64,000 bases of DNA, taken from sequence record PV400809.1; one strand, 5' to 3'. The notes beneath the pieces were generated by a model. It was not told the origin of the DNA and made no database searches. It was given only the letters and a program-made list of their open reading frames with translations. Numbering within the stretch: position 1 is the stretch's first letter; each line of letters starts with the position of its first letter. Positions 1 through 9,885 of the stretch are shown here, in pieces. Position numbers and translations under genes: made by a program.

Positions 1-624
1 CCCACCGTCACGCGGTTTCGGAGGCTCCCAGGCTGCCTGCTCGATCTCATTCAGGAGATCCTGGTGGAAACGCACCCAGGCCCGAGCTACCCAACGGGAC
101 ATCAAGCCCTGGTCTTCAACGCGCTCCCCGGCTTCATTCTTGACGTATACCGTCGTGAAGTTGGAACCTCGGAAGACCAGCGGGACTTTGTAATCCCCTT
201 TGGTATACCCCAGGTGGATCACGCCGTTCTTATCCCGGATGATGGTAAAGGTCGCCTGAACAATCGGGTTCTCCGATTGACGCGCGCTGCCACCCGAGAA
301 GATCATCTGCTTCTTCGAAATCGGGATCTGACGGAACCCGAAGTTCGCATCATTCGAGGCCTCGATAATCGCTTCGAAGAGCGCGCCCCGATCCGAATAG
401 TTCAGTTCGACTTCTTTGTGGTTACTGTTGGAACCTTTCTCAAAGATGCCGTCATTGATCTTGAAGACAATGGGAAACGCCCCACTGTTCTTGCATTCGA
501 ACATCCCCTGCGCAGGGTACTTCGCTCCAGGCAAAGGTTCCAAGGTCGTTGGATGAGGCTGTTTCCAGTCATTCAGGAGGGTTTTCTTACGGGGGGTAAA
601 CTTGCGATGTTGATTGTCACTCAT
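1..624 (-). CDS. Conserved jumbo-phage protein running off the window edge; tentative ChmC (phiKZ gp67)-like nucleic-acid-binding protein
   Basis: Hand translation from ATG at 624: MSDNQHRKFTPRKKTLLNDWKQPHP...RAWVRFHQDLLNEIEQAAWEPPKPRDGG, open for 208 codons to base 1. Missed by the track because no stop lies in the window. The functional guess rests on synteny and a repeated strands-then-helix pattern only. Confidence 0.55.
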   Translation of the reverse strand, partial: MSDNQHRKFTPRKKTLLNDWKQPHPTTLEPLPGAKYPAQGMFECKNSGAFPIVFKINDGIFEKGSNSNHKEVELNYSDRGALFEAIIEASNDANFGFRQIPISKKQMIFSGGSARQSENPIVQATFTIIRDKNGVIHLGYTKGDYKVPLVFRGSNFTTVYVKNEAGERVEDQGLMSRWVARAWVRFHQDLLNEIEQAAWEPPKPRDGG

Positions 625-693
625 GAGAGGTTACCTTAAATTCGAAATTCCTAACCAATAAAGATAGAATCTTCAGTGAGAATAGATGGGTTA

Positions 694-1491
694 CTAACCA
701 TTCAGCATCAGTTGCAGACCAGCTCGGTCTACCCCTTGTGGCAGGTTGTTGATATGACTTCTGATTCGTCCCAGTGTTGTGGCGGATGTCCACTTATTAT
801 CCAGCGCCAGTTTCTTCACCAGCTCCTTAATCCCTGTTGAGGACGACATGAAATTGGTTGAACGGTCACCAAAGATCTGGATAGTGAACCGGTTAAATGG
901 CATGTAAAACAGATCCTCTCCTCCCGTCAGTTTGGTGTACCACTGGGTAAATGGTTTGGTTTTACCCGTATACGACTCCAACAGTATTAAACGTCCAACA
1001 CTGTTCGATACCGCGAGGTCCACCACGTGGTGCGTCAATACAATACCCCGCCCTTTGAATTCGGGCATGCCGATGTCTGTCTTAGACAACAGTTTCTCGT
1101 ATTTCGTATACAGCTTCTTTGCTGTCTCTTTCGAGAGGGTATCGTACCGGATTTGATTCTTCGTCGTAGGAAGTTTGAGATCCGCATGACGGAAACGGGT
1201 CTTAAGACCCGTATAGGTGGGATAATACACCACCAGTTCAACCGGTTTACTTTTACGCGCCTCTTCCATCCATTTCGCCAGGATCTTCAGATCACCGGTA
1301 ACCGCCTCTACCAGTTGATCTGATGTCAGTTGATCCTTTTCCTCTTTGGTCTCATACGCGTCATACGCATTCCGTATTAGCGTCATAAGGTTCAGCAGGA
1401 TGGTATCCGAATTACGTATTAGGGAAGCCGCATCACTCTCAAACGCCAACGATGTCCCTACGGACATTCCTAAAGCACCTGTACTTCTCAT
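694..1491 (-). CDS. Conserved hypothetical protein (phiKZ gp66 position)
   Basis: 265-aa ORF; its start overlaps the stop of the SbcD-like gene. Confidence 0.7.
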   Translation of the reverse strand: MRSTGALGMSVGTSLAFESDAASLIRNSDTILLNLMTLIRNAYDAYETKEEKDQLTSDQLVEAVTGDLKILAKWMEEARKSKPVELVVYYPTYTGLKTRFRHADLKLPTTKNQIRYDTLSKETAKKLYTKYEKLLSKTDIGMPEFKGRGIVLTHHVVDLAVSNSVGRLILLESYTGKTKPFTQWYTKLTGGEDLFYMPFNRFTIQIFGDRSTNFMSSSTGIKELVKKLALDNKWTSATTLGRIRSHINNLPQGVDRAGLQLMLNG

Positions 1492-2603
1492 AGGAATTCC
1501 TCCAGGACTTTCAAGGCTTCTTCGTCAGAGATCCCTTCCTTCTCGAAGACCCCTTGACATTCAGGTAACAGGGCTGACGCCAAGTTCTTTTTCGTTAACT
1601 GAGGGTAATCGTACGTTTGGTTATTGAACAGATCGTCTTGAACATGCTGTTCTTTGGCTTTCGCATTCTCCGCTTTAAAGCCAAAGTAGGGGAATTCTTT
1701 CTCAAAGATACGTATAACCGGTTTAACGATATCCGCTGCACCGCCCATGACCCGGATTTGACTGTGGTACGGGAGTTTCTTCCGACGGATGAACTGCTGA
1801 AGGTCCAAGACCAATTGTTCGGTCGTAATGTCTTCCTTGACTTTCAGGGTTAAATACGGGAGGGCGTTCTTATTTTCCTGGAAGGTTGAAGTGGCGGTTT
1901 CCTTCTCCAGGTCAAGCTCAACCAAATACCCCCCTTTCGGGTGTTCTTCCCCGTGGGCTGTACGGTCAAAGGAACCCGAACACCGCATCTTACCCACTTC
2001 AGAGGGGACGTGAATATGACCCGACAGAATGAAGTACTTAACAATGGTTTCCCATCGGGCTAACTGGTGAGCCTTGTGTCGTACTTGCACCGGCAATTGA
2101 TGCTCCCACGCACCATGAAACACAATCAAGTCCACTTGCTTCAGTTTGTGCTCATTGAGCAACGCCACGGTCTTATCCCAAATCTCATCAGGTGTCAGGG
2201 TTCCCATGTTGTCAGGAACACAGAGAATACTGAGATTGTTGAATTGGGGGTAATACTGAATGGACAAAGCATCCACATACCGGAAATCCATTCCCTCGGG
2301 AGCCAGCGTCTCCAAGTGTTTAGGCTGACCCCTGTCGTGGGAGTGGGTTCCTTCCAGTACTAGAACGGCTGTATGAGCCTTGTCGCACGCGTTCAGGTAA
2401 ACCTTGGCCCATTCCTTAAGTTTAATGAAATCAGGGTTAGGGGCCTCTACCATGCGTTCTGTGAGGTCCCCACCAAAGATCGACAGATCGATATTGTTCA
2501 GATCGTGATCTTTAAAGTAAAACGTCGACATATTCCCCAGTACATGAGTAGTGGGGGTTGTCTGGTGCAGCGTGTGGTGGTCGGAAGTCCAAAGAATCCG
2601 CAT
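1488..2603 (-). CDS. SbcD/Mre11-like metallophosphoesterase nuclease
   Basis: Motifs SDHH, GGD, EGTHSHD, FHG, SGHIH. Start reassigned to MRILWTSDHH at 2603, preceded by a GAGGGG RBS. Confidence 0.85.
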   Translation of the reverse strand: MRILWTSDHHTLHQTTPTTHVLGNMSTFYFKDHDLNNIDLSIFGGDLTERMVEAPNPDFIKLKEWAKVYLNACDKAHTAVLVLEGTHSHDRGQPKHLETLAPEGMDFRYVDALSIQYYPQFNNLSILCVPDNMGTLTPDEIWDKTVALLNEHKLKQVDLIVFHGAWEHQLPVQVRHKAHQLARWETIVKYFILSGHIHVPSEVGKMRCSGSFDRTAHGEEHPKGGYLVELDLEKETATSTFQENKNALPYLTLKVKEDITTEQLVLDLQQFIRRKKLPYHSQIRVMGGAADIVKPVIRIFEKEFPYFGFKAENAKAKEQHVQDDLFNNQTYDYPQLTKKNLASALLPECQGVFEKEGISDEEALKVLEEFL

Positions 2604-2625
2604 GAATAGTCTACCCCTCACTACC

Positions 2626-3459
2626 TTAACACGCCAACGGATCGAAGTCGGGATCGTCCGGCGATTCGTTATCCGCCTGTTCACTCGGTGCGTCAGCCAG
2701 ACGGTCTTCAATTTCATAATCTCCTAAACTCAGTTGGTTTAGGAATTTCAACTCATCCTGAGTCAAAGTCTCACCTTTGTGTTCTTTAAAGAACAGCGCC
2801 CGAGCACGAGTCAGGTCATCGGGATTGGTTTCAGTTCCTTTCCGGATAACATCCCGAATCCAGTAAACCTTGCGCTCCACTTCCGGAACGATCGAGAACT
2901 TCTCGAAGAAAGTCGGGGTAATCAAATCCGTCAGGGTCGTGGGTTTAGCTTCCAGACCTATTTTGCTATCCGCCAAGGCATTCGCAACCTTCAAGCTGGC
3001 GTTCAGGTTCTCTTTCTGGCGGTTGTCTTCACTGATATTGTAAATAGCCAGTGAGGCCATCCGGAGCTTGTACCGGTCATCCGCAGTCAGGGAGTTGGAA
3101 ATAATCGGTGGAACCAAGAGGGTCGGTTCGTATTTACCGGTTTCAGCATCCCGGGCGACCACCAATACAGACCGGGTTCCGTTAAAGGTAAAGGAACACC
3201 ATTCCTGGAAGGGGAAGTAGTTCACTCCGGTGGAATTCCCCAGCGCAAAGGGAATCAACCATTTCTGAACGAATTCCTTCTCTTCAATCACATGACTCAC
3301 GTTAAAGGGGAGTTCTTCTCCCGGCTCACCCAGCAGGAGTTTACCATCCAGTTCGTGGACTTTCAAGTCCTTCAACCAACCAAGGTCATTCTCCAGGTGC
3401 ATCTCTTGGATATGATCAGGAACTTTACCCCGGAAGTCTTCGTTGTGTTTGTCAGTCAT
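2626..3459 (-). CDS. Conserved hypothetical protein with acidic C-terminal tail
   Basis: 277-aa ORF within the co-oriented operon. Confidence 0.7.
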   Translation of the reverse strand: MTDKHNEDFRGKVPDHIQEMHLENDLGWLKDLKVHELDGKLLLGEPGEELPFNVSHVIEEKEFVQKWLIPFALGNSTGVNYFPFQEWCSFTFNGTRSVLVVARDAETGKYEPTLLVPPIISNSLTADDRYKLRMASLAIYNISEDNRQKENLNASLKVANALADSKIGLEAKPTTLTDLITPTFFEKFSIVPEVERKVYWIRDVIRKGTETNPDDLTRARALFFKEHKGETLTQDELKFLNQLSLGDYEIEDRLADAPSEQADNESPDDPDFDPLAC

Positions 3460-3863
3460 CGTTTAAGTCTCTCTAAGTCCAGAACTTTGTACAGTTCACC
3501 GGTGATCAGAATGGTTTGCGCCAAGTCATACTTCATATTGTCCACTACGACACGAGCGGTCAGTATGAGCCTGTAATTATTGACACTCCCAGTAACATTT
3601 TGTCGACTTACACCCACCATGACTTCGTCGAACAATTCCTCCAGGTACGCCTTGAATTTGTCCTGGACTTGTTCCACCATTTGATCGGGGTATTGAGCGA
3701 AGTCTTTGAAGATCATGTAGAAACTAGGAACCCCTCCAATCAGTTTACCTTGGTTCTCTCGGCTGGTAAACCAATAGGTCACATGACGTGAAATAGCGGT
3801 ATCAGGAGACTGAGTCTCCCACCCTAACTTACTGTCCATTGTCCCCACACAAAACCGCGCCAT
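3456..3863 (-). CDS. Conserved hypothetical protein
   Basis: 135-aa ORF with a 4-nt overlap with the downstream gene. Confidence 0.7.
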   Translation of the reverse strand: MARFCVGTMDSKLGWETQSPDTAISRHVTYWFTSRENQGKLIGGVPSFYMIFKDFAQYPDQMVEQVQDKFKAYLEELFDEVMVGVSRQNVTGSVNNYRLILTARVVVDNMKYDLAQTILITGELYKVLDLERLKR

Positions 3864-3923
3864 ACCGTTAACTCCCTAAAGAAAGAAGGCTCTCTATAGA
3901 AAGACAAAATAAAAGGTCATAAT

Positions 3924-3955
3924 AAACCAAGCAGGGAATCACCCCTGCTTGGTTT
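3924..3955 (-). terminator. Intrinsic terminator
   Basis: 13-bp stem AAACCAAGCAGGG/CCCTGCTTGGTTT followed on the minus strand by a T-rich run. Confidence 0.75.
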
Positions 3956-3962
3956 AGAGGCC

Positions 3963-4610
3963 TTACTCCTCGGTGGTTTCTTCTTCAGCGCTCTTCAGCT
4001 TATTCCCAGCAGGACTGGTGAGGTCGAACAGGGATTTAGCTCGATGGTGATCGATGGCCGCCCAGGTTTTCTGGACATCACACCGTTCCCTGAAGGAGAT
4101 CTTACCGCCTAGGCTGTCGTGGTAATGGGTATGACGTAGATGCGGTTTATCGTCCACGGTAGTCAAATTCAGCAACCCATTCATACTGCGGCGATAGAAG
4201 AGGTTCTCCTCCCCAACACCTGAACAGAACTTGCTGAACTCTCCCCCATACCCTTCGATTTCACCGTCCAGGTACAGCTGCATCATGGCGGGATTTGCCA
4301 TGATGTAGTCCCGCATATATCCCTCAGCACCTTGGAGGGCTTCAATACTCCCCAGGTAGCCAATGGAATACCGACCGACGTACTCCCCGTCGTTCTTATT
4401 CAACAGCCGTTTACCCATTTCCCACGCACGGGAGTTTACGAAGCTGGTAAAACAATCCAGGGTCTTCTTGGCTTGCTGTCCCAACCAGCCTCCAGCGTTC
4501 TGTAGGAGCGCTGTGGAGTTGTTTACGTAGTCGGCGTACTTGGCTATGGACTCTTCGGTAAAACTGCCTGAGATCGCGTGACTGAAGGCATTAGCACTTC
4601 GCATCGACAC
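3963..4610 (-). CDS. Conserved hypothetical protein (phiKZ gp59 position)
   Basis: 215-aa ORF directly downstream of the nvRNAP beta' gene. Confidence 0.7.
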   Translation of the reverse strand: MSMRSANAFSHAISGSFTEESIAKYADYVNNSTALLQNAGGWLGQQAKKTLDCFTSFVNSRAWEMGKRLLNKNDGEYVGRYSIGYLGSIEALQGAEGYMRDYIMANPAMMQLYLDGEIEGYGGEFSKFCSGVGEENLFYRRSMNGLLNLTTVDDKPHLRHTHYHDSLGGKISFRERCDVQKTWAAIDHHRAKSLFDLTSPAGNKLKSAEEETTEE

Positions 4611-4619
4611 TTCACCTCC

Positions 4620-6251
4620 TTACTCAATCGGTTTCTGTAGCATGAGGGTATTGAAGTTCATCAGGTTGGTAGCGGTTTGTCCCGCATACTTGCTGATCTT
4701 GAAGGGAACGTTGTTATCCAATACCTGATGATGACCTAATCCCCCGTAGGCTTTCGCTTTAGACTCCAAGTCAATCAAGAAGATGGCATACATGGAATCA
4801 CCATCAAAATCAGCATTGTAAGGACCGACTGAAGTAATGGGGATCTTAATACTCTCATCTTCCAGATCCCGGTTCACCCGCAGGTAATTGGTGCGTCGAC
4901 TGAGGTACTCAATCGAGGGGTTACGCCCCATTTGAACCAGGACTTTACGACTCTCCTCCGCACGCCGTAAGAACGCGTCGATTTCTGGAACGATCCGATA
5001 GGCCGCGTTATAGATCAACTTACGGGCACTCCGGGGGGTATGCCCTAACCGATAGAGGTGGTTCGTAATGGGTTGTTCCAGGATGGTAACGACCATCTTC
5101 CACGGCATAATCACTTCGGAGTGATTAATAATACCCGTTTGAGAGGTAATCACCGACCGACCCGTTAATGGCACCGGACCCGCACACACATGCTTACGGT
5201 TGATCCCGTGTTTATTAAACACGGCTTTGGGGTTATTGACACTCCTGAATTGATCAGCTAACGCCACCAAGTTCTTACCCACAATGTCTACATTGCGTTG
5301 CAAGTCCTTTTCAGTGAGTTGATAACAATTGCTGGACTTCATGGTATCCGCAATGGCGTTATAAAGCTTCGCTGTTTCAGGCTGATGCTCATAACTCCGT
5401 ACTTCTTTACCCACCCGTTCCAGCACCATGCAGTACCGACTGGGTACCTTCAAGTAATTACAGAACGCGATGTGTTTATACCGATGATACAGTTCCAGGA
5501 TCTCAGCACCTTCCCCTCCCCGGTACTTCGACCAGCGCTCCCCTGGACCTACCAGGATGTATTCCATAATCCGATCACAGTGATCATAGAACGTGTTCAG
5601 GTCAACATGGTGGATCTCCAAGTCACTGAGCATCTGGTTAATGGCAATGAGGGTTCCATTCCGTTGCTTCTTAACCTTGGTTCGATACAGCGGATCAATG
5701 AAGTAACGCGGTACGTTGATCTTGGGTGACGGGTTCCCTATGCTGATATTGTTAAAGAAGGTCGTAAAGAATCCGATGTTAACGAACTTCTTCACCCCTT
5801 CGGGGCATTTGAGCCAGATCCGGGTGTCTTCCCCTTGATCCAAGAAGAGTTCTGCTTTACTCCCACACCGTGGACACACCCGTTCGGTACCCAGGAGGTA
5901 GTTACCCCGGAGTCCCTTGCCGTCCTTACACAAACACCGCGCAACGGTATCAAACGAATTACCCTCAAACTCCATCCGGGTTAAACGACTGAGGGCTTCT
6001 CGGTCTTCTTCCAGATTGAAATCGAAGTCATTCAGGTAGACTTGCTTAAGACGGCTGGTATCGTGTAGGTAGTCGTAGTCTTCAAAATCGGGATAGGCCG
6101 GCATCGAGAACCGAGGATCATCCTCCAAGGAAAAATCCAGCTTACTGGCGTAGCCGACAAAGTCCTTAAGGGGATCCAGCACTTCTTCACTGTATTCCGT
6201 TAACCGTTTAATGGCCAACGAAAGACTCGGAGTCAGTTCAGGTAGTTCCAT
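4620..6251 (-). CDS. Non-virion RNA polymerase beta' subunit carrying the catalytic motif (phiKZ gp55-like)
   Basis: Intact YNADFDGD at 4797-4817, GRSVI and RNPSI segments, N-terminal Cys cluster CLC...CPRC; lies directly after the putative chimallin gene. Confidence 0.9.
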   Translation of the reverse strand: MELPELTPSLSLAIKRLTEYSEEVLDPLKDFVGYASKLDFSLEDDPRFSMPAYPDFEDYDYLHDTSRLKQVYLNDFDFNLEEDREALSRLTRMEFEGNSFDTVARCLCKDGKGLRGNYLLGTERVCPRCGSKAELFLDQGEDTRIWLKCPEGVKKFVNIGFFTTFFNNISIGNPSPKINVPRYFIDPLYRTKVKKQRNGTLIAINQMLSDLEIHHVDLNTFYDHCDRIMEYILVGPGERWSKYRGGEGAEILELYHRYKHIAFCNYLKVPSRYCMVLERVGKEVRSYEHQPETAKLYNAIADTMKSSNCYQLTEKDLQRNVDIVGKNLVALADQFRSVNNPKAVFNKHGINRKHVCAGPVPLTGRSVITSQTGIINHSEVIMPWKMVVTILEQPITNHLYRLGHTPRSARKLIYNAAYRIVPEIDAFLRRAEESRKVLVQMGRNPSIEYLSRRTNYLRVNRDLEDESIKIPITSVGPYNADFDGDSMYAIFLIDLESKAKAYGGLGHHQVLDNNVPFKISKYAGQTATNLMNFNTLMLQKPIE

Positions 6252-6283
6252 CGAATAAACTCCAAAAAGACAAAAGCGGAATA

Positions 6284-6315
6284 AAGGTTAGGGAGCCCGA
6301 AAGCCCCCTAACCTT
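6284..6315 (-). terminator. Intrinsic terminator
   Basis: Stem AAGGTTAGGG/CCCTAACCTT followed by TATT on the minus strand. Confidence 0.7.
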
Positions 6316-6338
6316 CACTCTTTCAGCACACTCTCGTA

Positions 6339-8351
6339 TCAGCCGAACGCAAAACCGCCCAGGAAGGCGTTCATGAGGTTCGGGTTGGACAGGGAACTAC
6401 CGCCTGCAAAGGCAGTAGTAGCCAGACCTGCACCCGGCACATAAACAGCCTGATTCGGACGGAAGCTGGCCGCGGAGTTCGCTGCGTTCATGCTACCCAG
6501 GCTTTCCATAGCTTGCGCCAGAGCTGCCATGAAGTTCGGATCCCAGACCGCTGCTTGCGAGTAGCTGTTGATGTGAACCGCACCGTTGAACAGCGATTGG
6601 TTCAGCTCCAGGTTGAGCTTCTGGCAACGGGCTTTGGGGTCTTCGTTGGTCACACCGTACATGACCGCCAGGTAGTTCATCATCGCCTGAGCACCGTTCG
6701 CACCTTTGTAGTGACCCAGCAGCATTTCATCCACTTCCAAGGTATTCAGTTTCTTACCATTGGGTGCTTCAGCCAAGCCGTTGACCACCAGGATCGGGGT
6801 GCGGTGCAGAACCGGTTTTTCCGGAGTCCAACCGGTGCGCGCCGAACGGTTCTGCTCGATGATCTGAGAGAACTTGTTCTTGGTCATCGCATCGATCACC
6901 GACACCACAATCCCCACTTCCTTAGAACGGTTTTGCTGGCTCAGCCGGCTGAGGAAGTTGTTGATCGCGGAATCCGGACCATTCAGGACGATGTTCGAAC
7001 GGAAGATCGCGTGTTGCGAAACGTTCTGACGAATCCATTGGTTAACAACATCGATATCCGTGATGTTTTTGTCATTCAGTTTCAGACGGTTCGGCGGGTT
7101 CACACCACCCAGCAGACTGTCGATACGCGGTTCCAGTGCGCTCAGGTTACCCCGTTGACCCACGCTCACCTTACGCAGTGCTTCAGAGAAGACGTAGTCG
7201 GTGTTGGTGGTCATCAGCAGGTACAGCCCGAAGAAGAACGGGAACAGACCCTGGTTGAAGTTCATCATCTCGCCGGCGTACGCGGTTTCCATGGTGATCA
7301 CCGGGTGCAGCGGACGGTAGCCGTGCGGGTAGACACCACCGGTCAGGTTCAGGAACTGATTGATCAGGTCATTGTGCTGAGCGGCACCGCGACTGGCAGC
7401 CAGGTTGGCTTGGTGAGCCTGCATGGTGATACCTGCGAGGCTGACGATAGCCGTAGCACGTGCGATCTCCTTGCTGTTGTTCTGGGAAGAGACACCACCG
7501 CTGCGGTTGAGGTCAGTGATGGTAGCTGCCACCACTTCCATGTTCGCAGCGCTCAGGGTGAACGCCTTGGTAACACGTTCCTGGATGGCAGTAACCCGCG
7601 CTTCCGCACAACCGTCTTTACCGAAGGGATGCTTCGGATCCGCGAACGGAGACGGGAGCGGAACGCCAGCACTGGCGATCTCGATGGTCGCACGGACCAG
7701 AACACCGGTTTCCCACTGGTTGGTGAGGTAACCCGCCAGCTTGGCCGAACGGTCCTTGGGATCGCCGGCTTCCGGGTGGTTCAGCATCTCCAGGTCAACC
7801 ACGACCATGTTGATGACTTCAACCCCTTTCGCGCCTTGCTGTTCCGCCACACGGGTGTAGTAAGACACCAGGTTCTTCATGACCGCTTCGTTGGCGTAGT
7901 TGGTCGGGGTCAGCGGTACCGAGATTTGCTGTTGGATACCGTTGAGGGTGTTGATACGGATCGACTCCGAGGAGATGGTCAGGTCCTTGTTGGAGAACAG
8001 GACACCCATTACCCAGAGCTTGTTATTGATGACTTTGTGCAGCACCAGGCCCGGGAGGATGCTGGAGATGCCGGCGGTCATTTCATCCACGTTCGGAACG
8101 ATGTTGCGTTGAGCTTCCGGAGTGGTAGCCTCTGCAATACGGGTGAAACGTTCCTTGAGGATCTTGGCGACTTCGGAGACTTCCACCATATTGCGGTTGT
8201 CCGAAGTCATCGAGGTCAGGCTGAAGAGGCCCGACAGACCGGTGGTGTCTTGACGTACACTGGCGCTCAAACCGTTGTCGCCGGCTTCTTCATCGGTCCA
8301 GGAAGAGCCCGGAGTGGTGGATTCGGACGAACGACCTTTATTCACAGCCAT
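6339..8351 (-). CDS. chmA: Chimallin (phage nuclear shell protein), putative
   Basis: 670 aa with strongly biased codons, lying between DNA polymerase and nvRNAP beta' as gp54 does in phiKZ; early-promoter motif upstream. Call rests on synteny and size, not an alignment. Confidence 0.75.
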   Translation of the reverse strand: MAVNKGRSSESTTPGSSWTDEEAGDNGLSASVRQDTTGLSGLFSLTSMTSDNRNMVEVSEVAKILKERFTRIAEATTPEAQRNIVPNVDEMTAGISSILPGLVLHKVINNKLWVMGVLFSNKDLTISSESIRINTLNGIQQQISVPLTPTNYANEAVMKNLVSYYTRVAEQQGAKGVEVINMVVVDLEMLNHPEAGDPKDRSAKLAGYLTNQWETGVLVRATIEIASAGVPLPSPFADPKHPFGKDGCAEARVTAIQERVTKAFTLSAANMEVVAATITDLNRSGGVSSQNNSKEIARATAIVSLAGITMQAHQANLAASRGAAQHNDLINQFLNLTGGVYPHGYRPLHPVITMETAYAGEMMNFNQGLFPFFFGLYLLMTTNTDYVFSEALRKVSVGQRGNLSALEPRIDSLLGGVNPPNRLKLNDKNITDIDVVNQWIRQNVSQHAIFRSNIVLNGPDSAINNFLSRLSQQNRSKEVGIVVSVIDAMTKNKFSQIIEQNRSARTGWTPEKPVLHRTPILVVNGLAEAPNGKKLNTLEVDEMLLGHYKGANGAQAMMNYLAVMYGVTNEDPKARCQKLNLELNQSLFNGAVHINSYSQAAVWDPNFMAALAQAMESLGSMNAANSAASFRPNQAVYVPGAGLATTAFAGGSSLSNPNLMNAFLGGFAFG

Positions 8352-8454
8352 GGGGTAAACTCCATCGTTTTCTTAAGAAAGGGTTTGCTTCGCTATAGCG
8401 GAATCGCGTAGTGTTTGCCTACACACACAAATATCCTTGTGGCGATTCACACTG

Positions 8455-8471
8455 GTAATATGGGTTTGAAA
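8455..8471 (-). promoter_or_regulatory. Early promoter candidate upstream of chmA
   Basis: TTTCAAA-CCCATATTAC; resembles the phiKZ early consensus TATATTAC with an upstream TTT element. Confidence 0.6.
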
Positions 8472-8629
8472 AATTCTAGCACCTGGTGACATTCCGGCTT
8501 TTTAGGCTGAAATGCTATAGGTACTTGTTCAAACTCATACCATTTTCGAAATTGCACTCCAACGACTCCCGGACGAACCGGGAGACCGTGGTGTGCTATA
8601 TAATAGTTCATCACTGGAAAAATACTCAC

Positions 8630-9730
8630 ATGCTAACCTTGTCATTCCCTAAACCGTCTAACACGGTTTATCCCCGGTTACGGTTCGGTGACTTGGGTAA
8701 CCTGCAACGGCAAACAGCGTTTAACCGTAAAGCCTTTTTCCACTACGTCAGGGCACAGCCGTTCCATACCGAGAACGAACACGTCCTGGTAGGATTACTT
8801 CAACAGTTAAGCATCAATAAGGATTGGGATCTCTCCTACGTGGTCAGTTATACGAGGTTCCGGGCGTATTCATTATGTACGTTGTTTAATATTACCTCGT
8901 TGGGTCATGTGGGTAAAGCAATCACCAATGGGTTCTACCGGAATAGTGTCCGGGAACACTGGTGTCTGATCGAGAATACCAAGCAATACAGTGCTCCTAT
9001 TGACTTTGTATCCATGTGTCCTGTAGTACCGCTATGTTCTACGGTTACAGAACGGAGTTATTCCCACCCCCTCAACCGGGATAAGACTGTTAACGGACAG
9101 ATCAATGACCTGGCCATTATGGGGGTGGACCTGGTGGAGTTGGCTGTTGCGTGGTGGGCGTACCAACAAATGGACTACGAGCGGGATACGGGTATACGGG
9201 CATTTGTTGCTCAGATCCCTTTAGCCAACGCCCAGTTGATTCACAATCAACTTACGGTCATTAACACCCTCTACGACCACTTCGTTCACCAACAACCACT
9301 TAAGAGTGTGATGAACTCGGACAAAGTGGTGTTTAATACGGTCAGTGAACAACGGCTAATGGACCTCTACCTGACTTTCCTGGGAGAGGCCTTAACAGGA
9401 CGTAGACTCTTTAACCTGGAACACCTCCTCGTTACCCTTGAGTCGATTTATAAACAACCCTACTTCAACTACGTTCCGGCGGGTAAGAACGCGTTGTTTA
9501 CGCAAACCAGTTGGGTTTGGGAACCGGCTTTAATGAAGCTGTATTCCACCTACTTGAGTATCTGCAACCACGGGAATTACCCCGCGGCTGACATTAACAG
9601 TGTGGTGGAACGAAGTCATTTGAAACGGGTGAATAACTACCAACGTATCCCTGAATCGTACTTCAAAGGATGGTTCTTGGAACTGGCAGACGAGTTGAAT
9701 ACGCTAAACCGTATTAACCTCAAGAAATAG
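8630..9730 (+). CDS. Conserved hypothetical, probably virion protein (phiKZ gp52 position)
   Basis: Long ORF on the opposite strand between polymerase and chmA; start reassigned to MLTLSFP. Confidence 0.7.
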   Translation: MLTLSFPKPSNTVYPRLRFGDLGNLQRQTAFNRKAFFHYVRAQPFHTENEHVLVGLLQQLSINKDWDLSYVVSYTRFRAYSLCTLFNITSLGHVGKAITNGFYRNSVREHWCLIENTKQYSAPIDFVSMCPVVPLCSTVTERSYSHPLNRDKTVNGQINDLAIMGVDLVELAVAWWAYQQMDYERDTGIRAFVAQIPLANAQLIHNQLTVINTLYDHFVHQQPLKSVMNSDKVVFNTVSEQRLMDLYLTFLGEALTGRRLFNLEHLLVTLESIYKQPYFNYVPAGKNALFTQTSWVWEPALMKLYSTYLSICNHGNYPAADINSVVERSHLKRVNNYQRIPESYFKGWFLELADELNTLNRINLKK

Positions 9731-9802
9731 TACGCTGCCATCTTGTGGGAGGTCAAGAAATTGACTTACCCAATAAGCTTATTGAAAAAGTTAAATAAAA
9801 AC

Positions 9803-9840
9803 TACCGAGAGAGGCAGGCTTAGGGCCTCCTCTCTCGGTA
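9803..9840. terminator. Terminator between convergent genes
   Basis: 12-bp stem TACCGAGAGAGG/CCTCTCTCGGTA, with TTTTTATT after it on the minus strand. Confidence 0.75.
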
Positions 9841-9885
9841 TGTCAGTGTTATTGATTCGCCTCGTTTCTGAGCGTAAACCCACCC

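Noticed and set aside
64-639. 191-aa plus-strand ORF in the track
   Set aside because: Antisense shadow of the real minus-strand gene <1-624, which has an RBS and fits the operon direction
2604-2717. Arg-rich N-terminal extension of the SbcD-like protein
   Set aside because: Overlaps the upstream gene; the family motif and RBS point to 2603
6513-8411. 632-aa ORF antisense to chmA
   Set aside because: Expected by-product of strong codon bias in a highly expressed gene; no RBS or protein-like features
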